Of a stretch of DNA of 52,222 nucleotides, positions 16,800 through 25,985 are shown one piece after another. The notes below the pieces were generated by a model. That model saw only the letters and a program-made list of their open reading frames with translations, did no database searches and was not told the DNA's origin. This DNA comes from a virus (taxonomy: Duplodnaviria; Caudoviricetes), in IMG/VR virus record IMGVR_UViG_3300043409_000384, positions 1-52,222 of that record, one strand, 5' to 3'. Made by a program: the position numbers and the translations under genes. The first letter of the stretch is position 1. Every line of letters begins with the position of its first letter.

Positions 16800-18368
16800 T
16801 TACATTGTCATAATGAATGGCATAGGTTCAATAAAGTCGTCTAAACTGTCCCTTAGGTGCTGGTCTAGGTCCGGGTCATAACTTTGTAGTAACTGTACCA
16901 TGCGTAACACTAAGATTGTAGACATAACCAGGTCATCGGTCTCTCCAACTTTGGCCGCATAACTTACTCCGGCCGCAACAAAAGTTTTTAGTTCGCTGAT
17001 CATGTTTTTGCTGGCAATGTGCATACGCCGAGTTTCGATCAAGCTCTTTAACTTGGCACAGGCCGCAAGTTTGCTCTTGTTTGTTGTGGTAAATCCGCGT
17101 CGATATAATCTAGTGCTTCCCACTTTCTTGGGCTCAGTTAAGAATGTTCCGTGTATGTTTTCTTCACCAATTTCGCTGATACTAACCAGGCCTGCTTCGC
17201 CAATGGTGTTGTTTTCTATGCTGTAGTAAATATCTGTGTCGGTGTTGGTGATCTCAAACAGGTAATCACATATTTCCTTTACAATGGCAATTTGTCTTTG
17301 TATGGGAGTTTTGTTATGTTGCCATTCACCCACCTGCATCATGCCCGGGATTTCATAAATTTGTATAGCCGCATAGTCGCCGCCTGTGCCCAGACTGGGA
17401 TCTAACCCCACTACATACTGATGTCCTTTGCTAGGCTTCTTGTACCAACGTACTTGTCCCTGGCGCTCAATTGGGTCTATTCCGGCCATTTCAATTAAGG
17501 TGGTACTGTTGATTAGTGTTTCGTCATAGATCAAGAACTCGCATCCATGTTCACGACGGAAACGTTCTTCACCAATGCGACCAATTTCTTCTGTTTTCCA
17601 TTGTTCGTCACGATCTGGGTGTTCTTGCCAGGCTGCCTGGAAGCCTCTAAATCCGTTTACACCCAATTCAGTTCGATTGCCAAATTCATCAACACATTTG
17701 TTGGCCCCTTTCCAAATTAATGCAAACTGGTCTTCATCACTATTGGGTGTGCTTGTGATAATGGCCTTACCACCTGTGCTCAGTGTGGGTGATATAGATG
17801 TCCAAAATTCTTTAGCAATGGTGGGACGGACGAACGCAAACTCATCACAGTACAGTAGTGTAATACTCATACCACGACCTGTTGTTTCAGTTGTTGTTTG
17901 ACTCACAATACGACTACCGTTTTCAAACTCTAAACTGCCTTTGTTGTAACTGGTACAACCTGCACGAATATGGTCCGGACACAGTTCATAGGCATACCGA
18001 ACTCGTTGCATAATTTCTTGTGCTCCTGTATACTTGTGAGCCGCAATAAGAATTGTTGAGTCTGGAACAAACATGGCATACCACAGCAAGTAGCCTGCGG
18101 CACTGGTTGATTTGCCTGTTTGTCTGGGCATTAATGCTATACTGAATCTGTGACAGTGATAAGTATCAATGAGACGCTTTTGATATTCAAAAGGGTGATA
18201 CAACATCTTACCTTTGACGGGGTGTTGTATGTAGAAGTAGTTGTCCATAAAATACTGTGGTCCTGCCACAGGATCTGCACAGCGAGCAAATTCCATAATT
18301 TGCCGTTCTGTGTAAGACGACTTTTTATGGGGCGTCTTTACTAGTTGTTGTTCGTCAATTTTTGCCAT
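16800..18368 (-). CDS. 17: Terminase large subunit (T4 gp17-like)
   Basis: PRQTGKST Walker A, LLYCDEFAF Walker B, TSTPN, RNase H-like GLDPS..DY, DDLVM. Confidence 0.96.
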   Translation of the reverse strand: MAKIDEQQLVKTPHKKSSYTERQIMEFARCADPVAGPQYFMDNYFYIQHPVKGKMLYHPFEYQKRLIDTYHCHRFSIALMPRQTGKSTSAAGYLLWYAMFVPDSTILIAAHKYTGAQEIMQRVRYAYELCPDHIRAGCTSYNKGSLEFENGSRIVSQTTTETTGRGMSITLLYCDEFAFVRPTIAKEFWTSISPTLSTGGKAIITSTPNSDEDQFALIWKGANKCVDEFGNRTELGVNGFRGFQAAWQEHPDRDEQWKTEEIGRIGEERFRREHGCEFLIYDETLINSTTLIEMAGIDPIERQGQVRWYKKPSKGHQYVVGLDPSLGTGGDYAAIQIYEIPGMMQVGEWQHNKTPIQRQIAIVKEICDYLFEITNTDTDIYYSIENNTIGEAGLVSISEIGEENIHGTFLTEPKKVGSTRLYRRGFTTTNKSKLAACAKLKSLIETRRMHIASKNMISELKTFVAAGVSYAAKVGETDDLVMSTILVLRMVQLLQSYDPDLDQHLRDSLDDFIEPMPFIMTM

Positions 18369-18380
18369 TATCTATTACTT

Positions 18381-18908
18381 ATGAGTGACTGCCTACTACT
18401 TAATCAAGATTATCGTCCAATTTCCGTACTGCCCTTGAGCGTTATTAATTGGCAACATGCTATCAAACTAATGTTTCTTAAAAAAGTTCATGTACTTGAA
18501 ACTTATCCAACATGGATAGTGCATTCAGAACGCTTGTCCATCAATGTGCCCAGCGTTTGTGTGACCACGGACTATTTCAAATACAAGAAACATGTCAAGT
18601 TTAGTCGCTACAACATGTATTTACGCGACCTGTTTGAGTGTCAGTATTGCGAAGACATATTTGACTACGAAGATTTGACCATTGATCATGTCATACCTAG
18701 AGCGGCTGGAGGTAAGACTGCATGGGATAACTGTGTCACCAGTTGCAAGAGCTGTAACCATCACAAAGGTTCTAAGTTGATGCGTCCAAAGAACTTGCCG
18801 CATCGTCCAGAATACTACAACCTGGTCAACAAGTGGAAAGACTTACCTTTCACTGTCAAACAGGAATCGTGGAACAAATACTTGGGTGTTGAAAAACTAG
18901 TTGCTTGA
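18381..18908 (+). CDS. HNH endonuclease (McrA-like)
   Basis: LLLNQDYRP N-terminus, RD..CQYC, TIDHVIPRAAGG, CKSCNHHKG. Confidence 0.9.
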   Translation: MSDCLLLNQDYRPISVLPLSVINWQHAIKLMFLKKVHVLETYPTWIVHSERLSINVPSVCVTTDYFKYKKHVKFSRYNMYLRDLFECQYCEDIFDYEDLTIDHVIPRAAGGKTAWDNCVTSCKSCNHHKGSKLMRPKNLPHRPEYYNLVNKWKDLPFTVKQESWNKYLGVEKLVA

Positions 18909-19334
18909 GTCGTTGCGAAACTTGCGTTCTAGACGGGACGCAAGTTGTTCTACTTTGTCTGCATCGGCATTGCCGTTTTTATCAATTAGATGTGCAGGGT
19001 TACGCTCGGCTTCTGGGGGAGCATCACCCACTGGTTTTTCACCAGTCAAATACGGACGACTAAACCATAGTTGAAACCATTCGGGGGTTCCTGCTTTGAT
19101 GTTTAGTTGTTTTTCCAGGCGTTGTTTTTCCATGCCAGTGATAGAAATATTTGATCCCACTGGACTCATGGATGGCATTTCCCTGGCATCAGCACAAATT
19201 GGGGTAAAGTCTTCCAACAAGCCGTTGCCCAGGCCAGCTAACCGTTTGAGTTCGACCAGGTCGTCTGCGGCCATTGCGGCATCAGGAATATGATCCTGTG
19301 CATAACTTGGTGCGGTTATGCGATACTGTTTCAT
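18897..19334 (-). CDS. Hypothetical protein with ELKRLAGL motif
   Basis: 145 aa, GTPEWFQLWFS motif, coupled to the upstream gene. Confidence 0.75.
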   Translation of the reverse strand: MKQYRITAPSYAQDHIPDAAMAADDLVELKRLAGLGNGLLEDFTPICADAREMPSMSPVGSNISITGMEKQRLEKQLNIKAGTPEWFQLWFSRPYLTGEKPVGDAPPEAERNPAHLIDKNGNADADKVEQLASRLERKFRNDSSN

Positions 19335-19720
19335 TTGCGTCGAAGAACAACAGGACCTGTTGCTTTGATTGGACTTGTTTTGTTCACTGAGTCTAGCTCA
19401 CTCTTATTGCTGGCCCAGTTTTTATCAAACTTGATGCCAATTTGTTTTGCGGCATGATACAAGGTTTCTAGTTCTTCATCTGCATAAGGGGAATAGAAAG
19501 GATCCCCAGCAATATAATTATCCTTGTCCATGGTCTGGTCTGGACTTCCTGCGAGTGCAACACTAAAACGATAATTTAAATATAAACTTCCAGAATTCAT
19601 ATTCAAGTCGGGACTGGTCAGTGCATTTGACAAACCCACTGCTTGAGTCTTGCTAATTGGCCTAGTAGAGCCGCCCCCATCGGGAGCGGACCCTTCGAGA
19701 ATAATCTCGTTTATTTTCAT
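19331..19720 (-). CDS. Hypothetical protein with MKINEIILEG N-terminus (probably head-packaged)
   Basis: ATGA overlaps with neighbours; N-terminal motif shared with other late genes. Confidence 0.75.
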   Translation of the reverse strand: MKINEIILEGSAPDGGGSTRPISKTQAVGLSNALTSPDLNMNSGSLYLNYRFSVALAGSPDQTMDKDNYIAGDPFYSPYADEELETLYHAAKQIGIKFDKNWASNKSELDSVNKTSPIKATGPVVLRRK

Positions 19721-22158
19721 TTTGTTAATTTAATACTTTGGTATTCGGCCATTAACTTTGCACCAAGTGCTTCAAGTGGGTGAGACTCTTCAACCTTGTT
19801 GGCCTTGGGTGTTTTTGGATTAGCGGCCCGGTTGGCTGTTTCAGGGTCTTGATCTTTTTGCTTGTTCAAGTCATCTGTGGTATCAGCATAGCCAACAGTT
19901 TCTGCACGGTGCATGCCGCGAACATCAGGGCGAGGAGTATTTAATACTTCTTCGGGTTTGTCGATGTCGGTGTTGCCGTATTCTTTGGCTTCCATTGGCT
20001 CGGCTGTAACGACTACTTCAGCATGTTGCTGTTGTCCACCTGCCATACCGGCCATCTTTAACATCTGCATCAGTTGATCAGCGGCTTCACCGTCAGCACT
20101 GATATTGATATTCTTGGTACCATCACTGCTTTGTGTTGTGTTGATACTCATCTTGCCTTGTTGCTGTTGCATGTCTTGTGCCATGCTACCAATTGGGCTG
20201 ACGATTCCGCAGTTCTCTTTGAGTTTGGCCAACTCACGGTCTGCGGCCTCTGTGTCTTCGCAGGCACATGGCTCACTCTTGCAAGTTGGGCATGTTTCAC
20301 CTTCTTGAACTGGAAATTCTTCGTTGCCTAGTTTGAAGCTGTCCTCGCCATCGGCTTTGGCCTGTAGTGCTTTGAAGTGCATGACTCCGGCACCTTCTTC
20401 CATGTCATTTTCATTGAAGCCTACTTGTGATATATTATAATATGGTTCATCACTGGGGTTTGGTACATTATCATTGATCCATGCTTGTGCTTCTTGTTGA
20501 CTTGCAAAAGGTCCAGAAACTCGTTCTGGATCACCAGTTCTTATTTCATAGTTAACATAAAAACCACTAGCTTCGGCGCCTTCAGGCAGGTTGGGTTCAC
20601 TATGAGTTCCATGTGCGGCCTTGATACTGCCTTTTAAACTGGTAATATGATTGCGCGAAGGCATGCCTTTTCTTGGACCACGATCTAGGACATCATGCCC
20701 ATGACGGCCAAAGCCTTTTTGTAACGGGTCATTGTGGTCAAACTCGCCACCACCTATTAGGTCTTTTGAGCCTGCATAGTCATCTGGTCTAGGGCCATTG
20801 TAGTACTCGTCATCGCTGTAATCATCGTTTTCATAATCGGGTAATTCTTGAGTGTACAGACGATCTTTGTATTTGGGATCACGATACTTGGCCGCTTCAT
20901 CGACTTCTGCTTCGCCACCCTGTTCGTCTTTTCCTTGAGCACCTTGAATAACATCGCGTCTAGTTACTGTTTTATATGGCTTGGCATTGTTGGCCAAGTT
21001 GCCGTCATTGGCTTCTTTTACTGTCAAGCCTGCTAGACGGGCCAGTTCGTTTAGTTCTGCGGCTTCTTGCATACCCATCTTGTGGCGCAAGTCTGCTTTC
21101 ATGTCTTCATCGCTACCATGGCCCAATGTATTTAGAACTTGTCCGCCCAGGCGCTTGGCACGATCCATCATGCTGGGCCGTGCAGGTGCAAGTGGCATGG
21201 GGAAATTATCATTGTCCATTGGATTTTCTGTTGCATCATTCAACTGTGATTTACCGTAACTGTGTACTTCCATGCAGTCACGCAGGAGTTCACTGCAATG
21301 TCCTGTTTCTTTAAATGCTTGAATGTCGTTTTGCAATTCAGCCAACATCTCTTGTAGTGTCATGTCTTTCTTCTTGACCATCTCAGTGAAGTTAACGCCT
21401 TCGATCAACAACTTGGCCATACGACGACTGCTTTCCATTGTTTTGGTTTTGGTTTTAGAACGAAGTAGGCCTGCACCTTTGGCTTGCTTTTTAAAACTGG
21501 CAAATGGATTTTCTGCTTCGGTCATGTCTTTTTGTTTTTTACGCAAGGCACTATTGAACTTGTCATCTTGTGCATTGTGTTTTGCAGATGCTTTTTTATC
21601 TTTGCGGTCATCAGCATCAGCATATTTCATACCTGCCGCATCTCTTGCTCTCTTTAGCAGTTCAGGACTCAGTTCATTGATTTGGTCTTCGTTAGTGTCC
21701 TGTGTTGCTTTGCCTTTGACCACGGTGCCTTTGGCACCCTTGGGTGCTTTGTCTGGCACACGACCAAATGGATCATTGCCAATTTTGGCAGGAGCACTGG
21801 CCGCAGGATCTTTCTTAGGACGACCTTTGGGACCTTTTACACGAACAACTTTTTCTTTTTTAGCTGTGCCTTTGGCAGGACGGCCACGCTTGGGAGCGTC
21901 TTCGTCATCGGGATCACCTTGATATTCGGTGCCGTATGTACCTTTATGCTTGGTGACACCGTTTTTATATTCAGTGTCACCTTCATTGAATTTAGCAAAT
22001 TGCTCTTTGAGTTTTTCTTCGACTTTAGCCACACCCTCAAGAATTGACCCTTTGGCTTCTACGCTTTCGTAGATGGCCTGTGGTTTCTTATTCTCTAGCG
22101 GCTCTTGTTTTGGTGTTACTTTTTTGAGACTATCTAAAATTGTGTACATGTTGCTCAT
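19717..22158 (-). CDS. Large low-complexity probable head-internal/scaffold-like protein
   Basis: 813 aa, highly charged, many hydrophobic-x-E sites, LARLAGL and LKMAGM motifs. Confidence 0.65.
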   Translation of the reverse strand: MSNMYTILDSLKKVTPKQEPLENKKPQAIYESVEAKGSILEGVAKVEEKLKEQFAKFNEGDTEYKNGVTKHKGTYGTEYQGDPDDEDAPKRGRPAKGTAKKEKVVRVKGPKGRPKKDPAASAPAKIGNDPFGRVPDKAPKGAKGTVVKGKATQDTNEDQINELSPELLKRARDAAGMKYADADDRKDKKASAKHNAQDDKFNSALRKKQKDMTEAENPFASFKKQAKGAGLLRSKTKTKTMESSRRMAKLLIEGVNFTEMVKKKDMTLQEMLAELQNDIQAFKETGHCSELLRDCMEVHSYGKSQLNDATENPMDNDNFPMPLAPARPSMMDRAKRLGGQVLNTLGHGSDEDMKADLRHKMGMQEAAELNELARLAGLTVKEANDGNLANNAKPYKTVTRRDVIQGAQGKDEQGGEAEVDEAAKYRDPKYKDRLYTQELPDYENDDYSDDEYYNGPRPDDYAGSKDLIGGGEFDHNDPLQKGFGRHGHDVLDRGPRKGMPSRNHITSLKGSIKAAHGTHSEPNLPEGAEASGFYVNYEIRTGDPERVSGPFASQQEAQAWINDNVPNPSDEPYYNISQVGFNENDMEEGAGVMHFKALQAKADGEDSFKLGNEEFPVQEGETCPTCKSEPCACEDTEAADRELAKLKENCGIVSPIGSMAQDMQQQQGKMSINTTQSSDGTKNINISADGEAADQLMQMLKMAGMAGGQQQHAEVVVTAEPMEAKEYGNTDIDKPEEVLNTPRPDVRGMHRAETVGYADTTDDLNKQKDQDPETANRAANPKTPKANKVEESHPLEALGAKLMAEYQSIKLTK

Positions 22159-22160
22159 GA

Positions 22161-22760
22161 TTATTTTCCTCGGGGACGTTGTAGGGTGTTTTTAGTACTG
22201 CCAATGGGACTGTTATTTTGTTGTGGAGTATCGTTGGTGGTTTTACCTGTAGCATACTCCGTATCAGTACCTTGTATTTCTTGCTTGCGTGTGTTGGCAC
22301 TTAGTTCTTTGATCAAATTAGACAGGCGTTTCTGGCCAACAGCTTCTTGTGCGCTGGGTCCACCAAGATCTTCTTTGGTCAACAACGGACTTTCGTCTTC
22401 GTTGCTTTCAACAGGCCCCCATACCAATTGTTCATTCAATGCATCAGCCATGGTTTTAACATCAACCCAACTGGCATTAACACCAGCACGTTCACCGATC
22501 AACTGGCGGATTTGTCCAGGAATAGTTGGATACTTCAATCCAACATCCAACATGTAGCAATCACATGCCCCTTCTTTGGCAAATTCCCAATGTTCAGTTA
22601 CTGGCAGTCTTTTTACAGCACTGATAGTTTCAACTTGGAAACAATCCAATGCATTTTTAATGCGGTCAAGTACTTCGCCCTTGGGCTCTACGTGTGCCAT
22701 TTTGATACGAAACTCGTAGACTTTGTGTGTTTCGTGAAAGTATGCTGATAAATTTTTCAT
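22161..22760 (-). CDS. Hypothetical protein of the head/packaging block
   Basis: 199 aa; late TAAATA and AGGA upstream. Confidence 0.75.
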   Translation of the reverse strand: MKNLSAYFHETHKVYEFRIKMAHVEPKGEVLDRIKNALDCFQVETISAVKRLPVTEHWEFAKEGACDCYMLDVGLKYPTIPGQIRQLIGERAGVNASWVDVKTMADALNEQLVWGPVESNEDESPLLTKEDLGGPSAQEAVGQKRLSNLIKELSANTRKQEIQGTDTEYATGKTTNDTPQQNNSPIGSTKNTLQRPRGK

Positions 22761-22795
22761 GTGGCATTAATCCTATATTCTATATTTATGTCCGT

Positions 22796-23311
22796 TTACT
22801 TCTTTTCTTCTGCGCGATTTTTGCCCAGAATTTGATCTAGTAGCGCATTGCGGTCTAGCACCATGCCTTTTCCGTCAACGGGTTCGTCTTCTTCTCGGTT
22901 GTTGTCCTTGGCTATTTGATGATCTAGTTTGGCCTTGTTCAACTGCAACTGTATCATCTTGAGTTTTTTATCCATTTTAGCAGTCTTGGCAGTGATGCTG
23001 TGCCCCAGTAACATGCCCGCTGTTTGTAATATAACTCCAGCAAAACGTGGATCAACATTCATGCCCAAATCTATTAGATCTTCTGCTTTGCTTTTGGCCA
23101 ACAGGGCCAATTCATCTAGCTCGCTGTCCGCAGTATCTAAATCTCTAACATAGGGCAAGGCCGCATCAATTTTATCTATGGCCGCATCAACATCAGTTAT
23201 CATGTTTCTGTTTTGTGCTATTACCGTTCTAATATCTTCTGTGGTGGTACCGCCTGCATCATCTATTATAGATGATGGTAAATTGAAGGTTTCTTCGAGT
23301 TTTTTAGTCAT
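22796..23311 (-). CDS. Probable terminase small subunit
   Basis: MTKKLEETFNL start, helical coiled coil, C-terminal DRNALL; late promoter upstream; call from recalled similarity only. Confidence 0.55.
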   Translation of the reverse strand: MTKKLEETFNLPSSIIDDAGGTTTEDIRTVIAQNRNMITDVDAAIDKIDAALPYVRDLDTADSELDELALLAKSKAEDLIDLGMNVDPRFAGVILQTAGMLLGHSITAKTAKMDKKLKMIQLQLNKAKLDHQIAKDNNREEDEPVDGKGMVLDRNALLDQILGKNRAEEKK

Positions 23312-23318
23312 ACGGTAT

Positions 23319-24128
23319 TTATGGGATAATTTTTGGTATAGGTTTATCCCTGAACCAGTCACAGATTGCTGTTATTACTTCTTTTTGTCTTTTTCGGAAA
23401 TAGTGTCCGTCCTCTGCACTTACGTTATTCGTAACCAATATAGAATCAGTCTTGCTCATTTGTTCTTGTGCTTTTTCCCAAACTTCTTTTTCATGCATAA
23501 CAATTAAAATTGGAGTTTTACTGTCCGCAACATCATAGGTGTCTAGTCGTGCTCCTTGGTGATGTTTATCAATTCCATCCAGCACATGCCATGTACCCGA
23601 CGCACTGACTATCTTGTGTAGTTTTGTTTCAACCAAACTAATATTTGCCACATCAAGTGCTCCGTAACTAATACCAAACCAATTTAATTTTGCATTTGGA
23701 AATTTATTGCTTAATATATCTATTACTTGAAGTGCTTCCCGCCGACGGTCAAGTGATTCTCTATAAAAGCTACCAACCCATCCTTTGCCGTATGCAACAA
23801 AATAATCAGGAACATCAAAGATTGCTACTGCTACGTTTTGATCTAGCCAATAGTGCATCCATTCCCACGTAAACTGATATATTCCGTCGCCGGTTTTGTC
23901 AGCAATGGTACCATCAGCGTTATAATAAAAGAAATGTGGAGTTAACCCACCGTAGGTGTATATCACAACAGTGTCTGGATCTGCTACTCGACTTAAAATA
24001 CAAACAGATGTTTGATGTTTTGGATATTTTAAAAACTCTATTTCAGAAATTTGCAATCCTGAAAGAGATCTGGCTTTTTGTTTGTTGTAAACTCTTTGTA
24101 ATAACTCATGACGATCTGGATAGGGCAT
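23319..24128 (-). CDS. Alpha/beta hydrolase fold protein
   Basis: GISYG nucleophile elbow, TPILIV strand, DGHYF catalytic His. Confidence 0.7.
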   Translation of the reverse strand: MPYPDRHELLQRVYNKQKARSLSGLQISEIEFLKYPKHQTSVCILSRVADPDTVVIYTYGGLTPHFFYYNADGTIADKTGDGIYQFTWEWMHYWLDQNVAVAIFDVPDYFVAYGKGWVGSFYRESLDRRREALQVIDILSNKFPNAKLNWFGISYGALDVANISLVETKLHKIVSASGTWHVLDGIDKHHQGARLDTYDVADSKTPILIVMHEKEVWEKAQEQMSKTDSILVTNNVSAEDGHYFRKRQKEVITAICDWFRDKPIPKIIP

Positions 24129-24143
24129 TGAGTATTTAACATC

Positions 24144-24170
24144 AAAAAAGGACCTTACGGTCCTTTTATT
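24144..24170. terminator. Intrinsic terminator, possibly bidirectional
   Basis: AAAAAGGACC-TTAC-GGTCCTTTT. Confidence 0.8.
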
Positions 24171-25077
24171 ATTTGAGTTTAACGCCTGTGGTTAGTCGTT
24201 TCCACTTTTGCCGTTCCTCGTTGTACCAAGGGTCTAGTTCGTTGTCTTTGAGTGCCACCGGCTCGCACATGTCTGCTTTGAGACTATCCTGTACTGTTTT
24301 GGCATTTACTGCTTGTGTTAGTATGGCTCTCCACTCTTTAAACTTGGCCTCTGGTGTTGTGGTTGGAACAAGAAGTTGATGCGGAACAATTAACGATTTA
24401 AGCACAGGGTTAAATCCCAGATCAGCCAGTGGTTTATATCCGTGTGCTGTTTTTGTTCCAGTGATGCCCAACACATGTGTTTGGACTTTTCTGCTTGAGT
24501 CATTGGCCCAGGTATCTGCCTCGGACATGAATCCAACACTGAAATCCAAGTTGCCGCCAAGCATGGTAAGGAATGAGTCAGCAGTGCTTTTGAAAGGTAC
24601 TGCCTGTGCATTTGGGTATTTGTCAATAATTTGCAAACTGAACAAGTGACTTGTGGCACCAAGTCCGCTGACTCCAATGTTTAGGGGTTTATCTTTGGGT
24701 ACTTCGTTCCAGGATTTGTACTTGACTGAACTGATGGCCATGGGACTGGTACAAAATAACATGACCGGACGGAAATCTCGTACATCATAACTTTCGGTTG
24801 GGTAAAACTCTGGACGAACAAAGAACGCACTACTTGTGTGTAAAATAGTGTTTGGATTTGCTTTCACAAAGTTTGCCGCGATGGCATTGCCTGCACCAGG
24901 CTTGGTGTCAGATATAAAATTATATTTGGTTTGAATACGATTTGCTTCCTGTGCCAGAGCACGGCTGTAATTGGCCATGCTGTCAGCAGGACTAAATGCA
25001 TAATAAATGGTTACATTTTCTTGAGCCGTTGCCGCAAAAGACAAGGCTATGGTTAGTATAGCGAATAGCTTTTTCAT
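24169..25077 (-). CDS. Second Bug/TctC-family substrate-binding protein
   Basis: MKKLFAIL signal peptide after SD AAGGA; KPGAGNAIA, GVSGLG, VPFKS. Confidence 0.85.
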   Translation of the reverse strand: MKKLFAILTIALSFAATAQENVTIYYAFSPADSMANYSRALAQEANRIQTKYNFISDTKPGAGNAIAANFVKANPNTILHTSSAFFVRPEFYPTESYDVRDFRPVMLFCTSPMAISSVKYKSWNEVPKDKPLNIGVSGLGATSHLFSLQIIDKYPNAQAVPFKSTADSFLTMLGGNLDFSVGFMSEADTWANDSSRKVQTHVLGITGTKTAHGYKPLADLGFNPVLKSLIVPHQLLVPTTTPEAKFKEWRAILTQAVNAKTVQDSLKADMCEPVALKDNELDPWYNEERQKWKRLTTGVKLK

Positions 25078-25140
25078 AATTTTCCTTAAGTGTGATTTGT
25101 GTCCGCTCACGGGACTAGTAGTTGATACTAATACTATTTA

Positions 25141-25575
25141 TTATCTCTTCTTGCCTTGATGAAAAATTTGATCTTCTGTTATCACACGAAAAGTCAGGCC
25201 TTGATTCTTGCACCAGGCCCTGGCTGCTTCCCATTTGGCCATGTTAAGTATGGCGGCGGCCTGTGATCTGGCATTGGTGTTGCCTTCTAGTGTGGTTTCT
25301 TTTTTTGGTTTAACTTCAATTACTTCGGCATGTTGTCGTCCTTGGGCATCATTATAAACAATTAAAAAATCTGGTACATAAATTGTATTTTTGCCTGTCA
25401 ACGGATTACGATAGTTAACATGTATGGCTTCGCTGGCCCATTGCAAGATACTGGGGTTGTTGTCGCAGAACTGCATGAATGTCCATTCCCACCCCGATCG
25501 GTAAGTTGGCGTTTTATTTCCCACATACTTGGCAGGATTTTGTAATTGATATTTGCCTTGTGCGTACTTGCTCAT
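25141..25575 (-). CDS. 4: Head completion nuclease (T4 gp4 / TnsA-like)
   Basis: NPAKYVG, YRSGWE, WASE, YVPDF, IEVKP, N.AKWEAA, FRVITE. Confidence 0.92.
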   Translation of the reverse strand: MSKYAQGKYQLQNPAKYVGNKTPTYRSGWEWTFMQFCDNNPSILQWASEAIHVNYRNPLTGKNTIYVPDFLIVYNDAQGRQHAEVIEVKPKKETTLEGNTNARSQAAAILNMAKWEAARAWCKNQGLTFRVITEDQIFHQGKKR

Positions 25576-25976
25576 GCTATGATTGTTCTAGCAACATATT
25601 TGTTTTTAACTAGATTATTCTGAACACCAATTAGGCTTGTACCAATTCTACTGAGATTTAGAAAATAGCTTATATACGGAGTTAGTTGTTTTTGATTTAA
25701 TTTTTTAAATTCATCCAATACCGCCATTACATCCATATTTTGCACACGGGCTGTATATATCACCGCACTGCTCAATGCCAGGGCGCTGTCTTTGTTGGCA
25801 GTGACTTTTTCAAAATAACTAACCACAGCATCATCTTTGGCAGTGCTGATACTAATAGTATTGTCAAAATAATTATTAAAAAACTTAGATCCATCACCGT
25901 TTATGTTGTTTAAATTGACTGCACCGAGGTTACTGGGATTGTTTTTTAACTGTTCAAATGTGTTGATAACTGACAT
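25572..25976 (-). CDS. Hypothetical protein, probable virion structural protein
   Basis: 134 aa in the tail/baseplate block. Confidence 0.7.
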   Translation of the reverse strand: MSVINTFEQLKNNPSNLGAVNLNNINGDGSKFFNNYFDNTISISTAKDDAVVSYFEKVTANKDSALALSSAVIYTARVQNMDVMAVLDEFKKLNQKQLTPYISYFLNLSRIGTSLIGVQNNLVKNKYVARTIIA

Positions 25977-25985
25977 AATTTGTCC

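Noticed and set aside
16800-18368. Intein or intron in terminase (also checked uvsX)
   Set aside because: Lengths are normal and motifs are contiguous.
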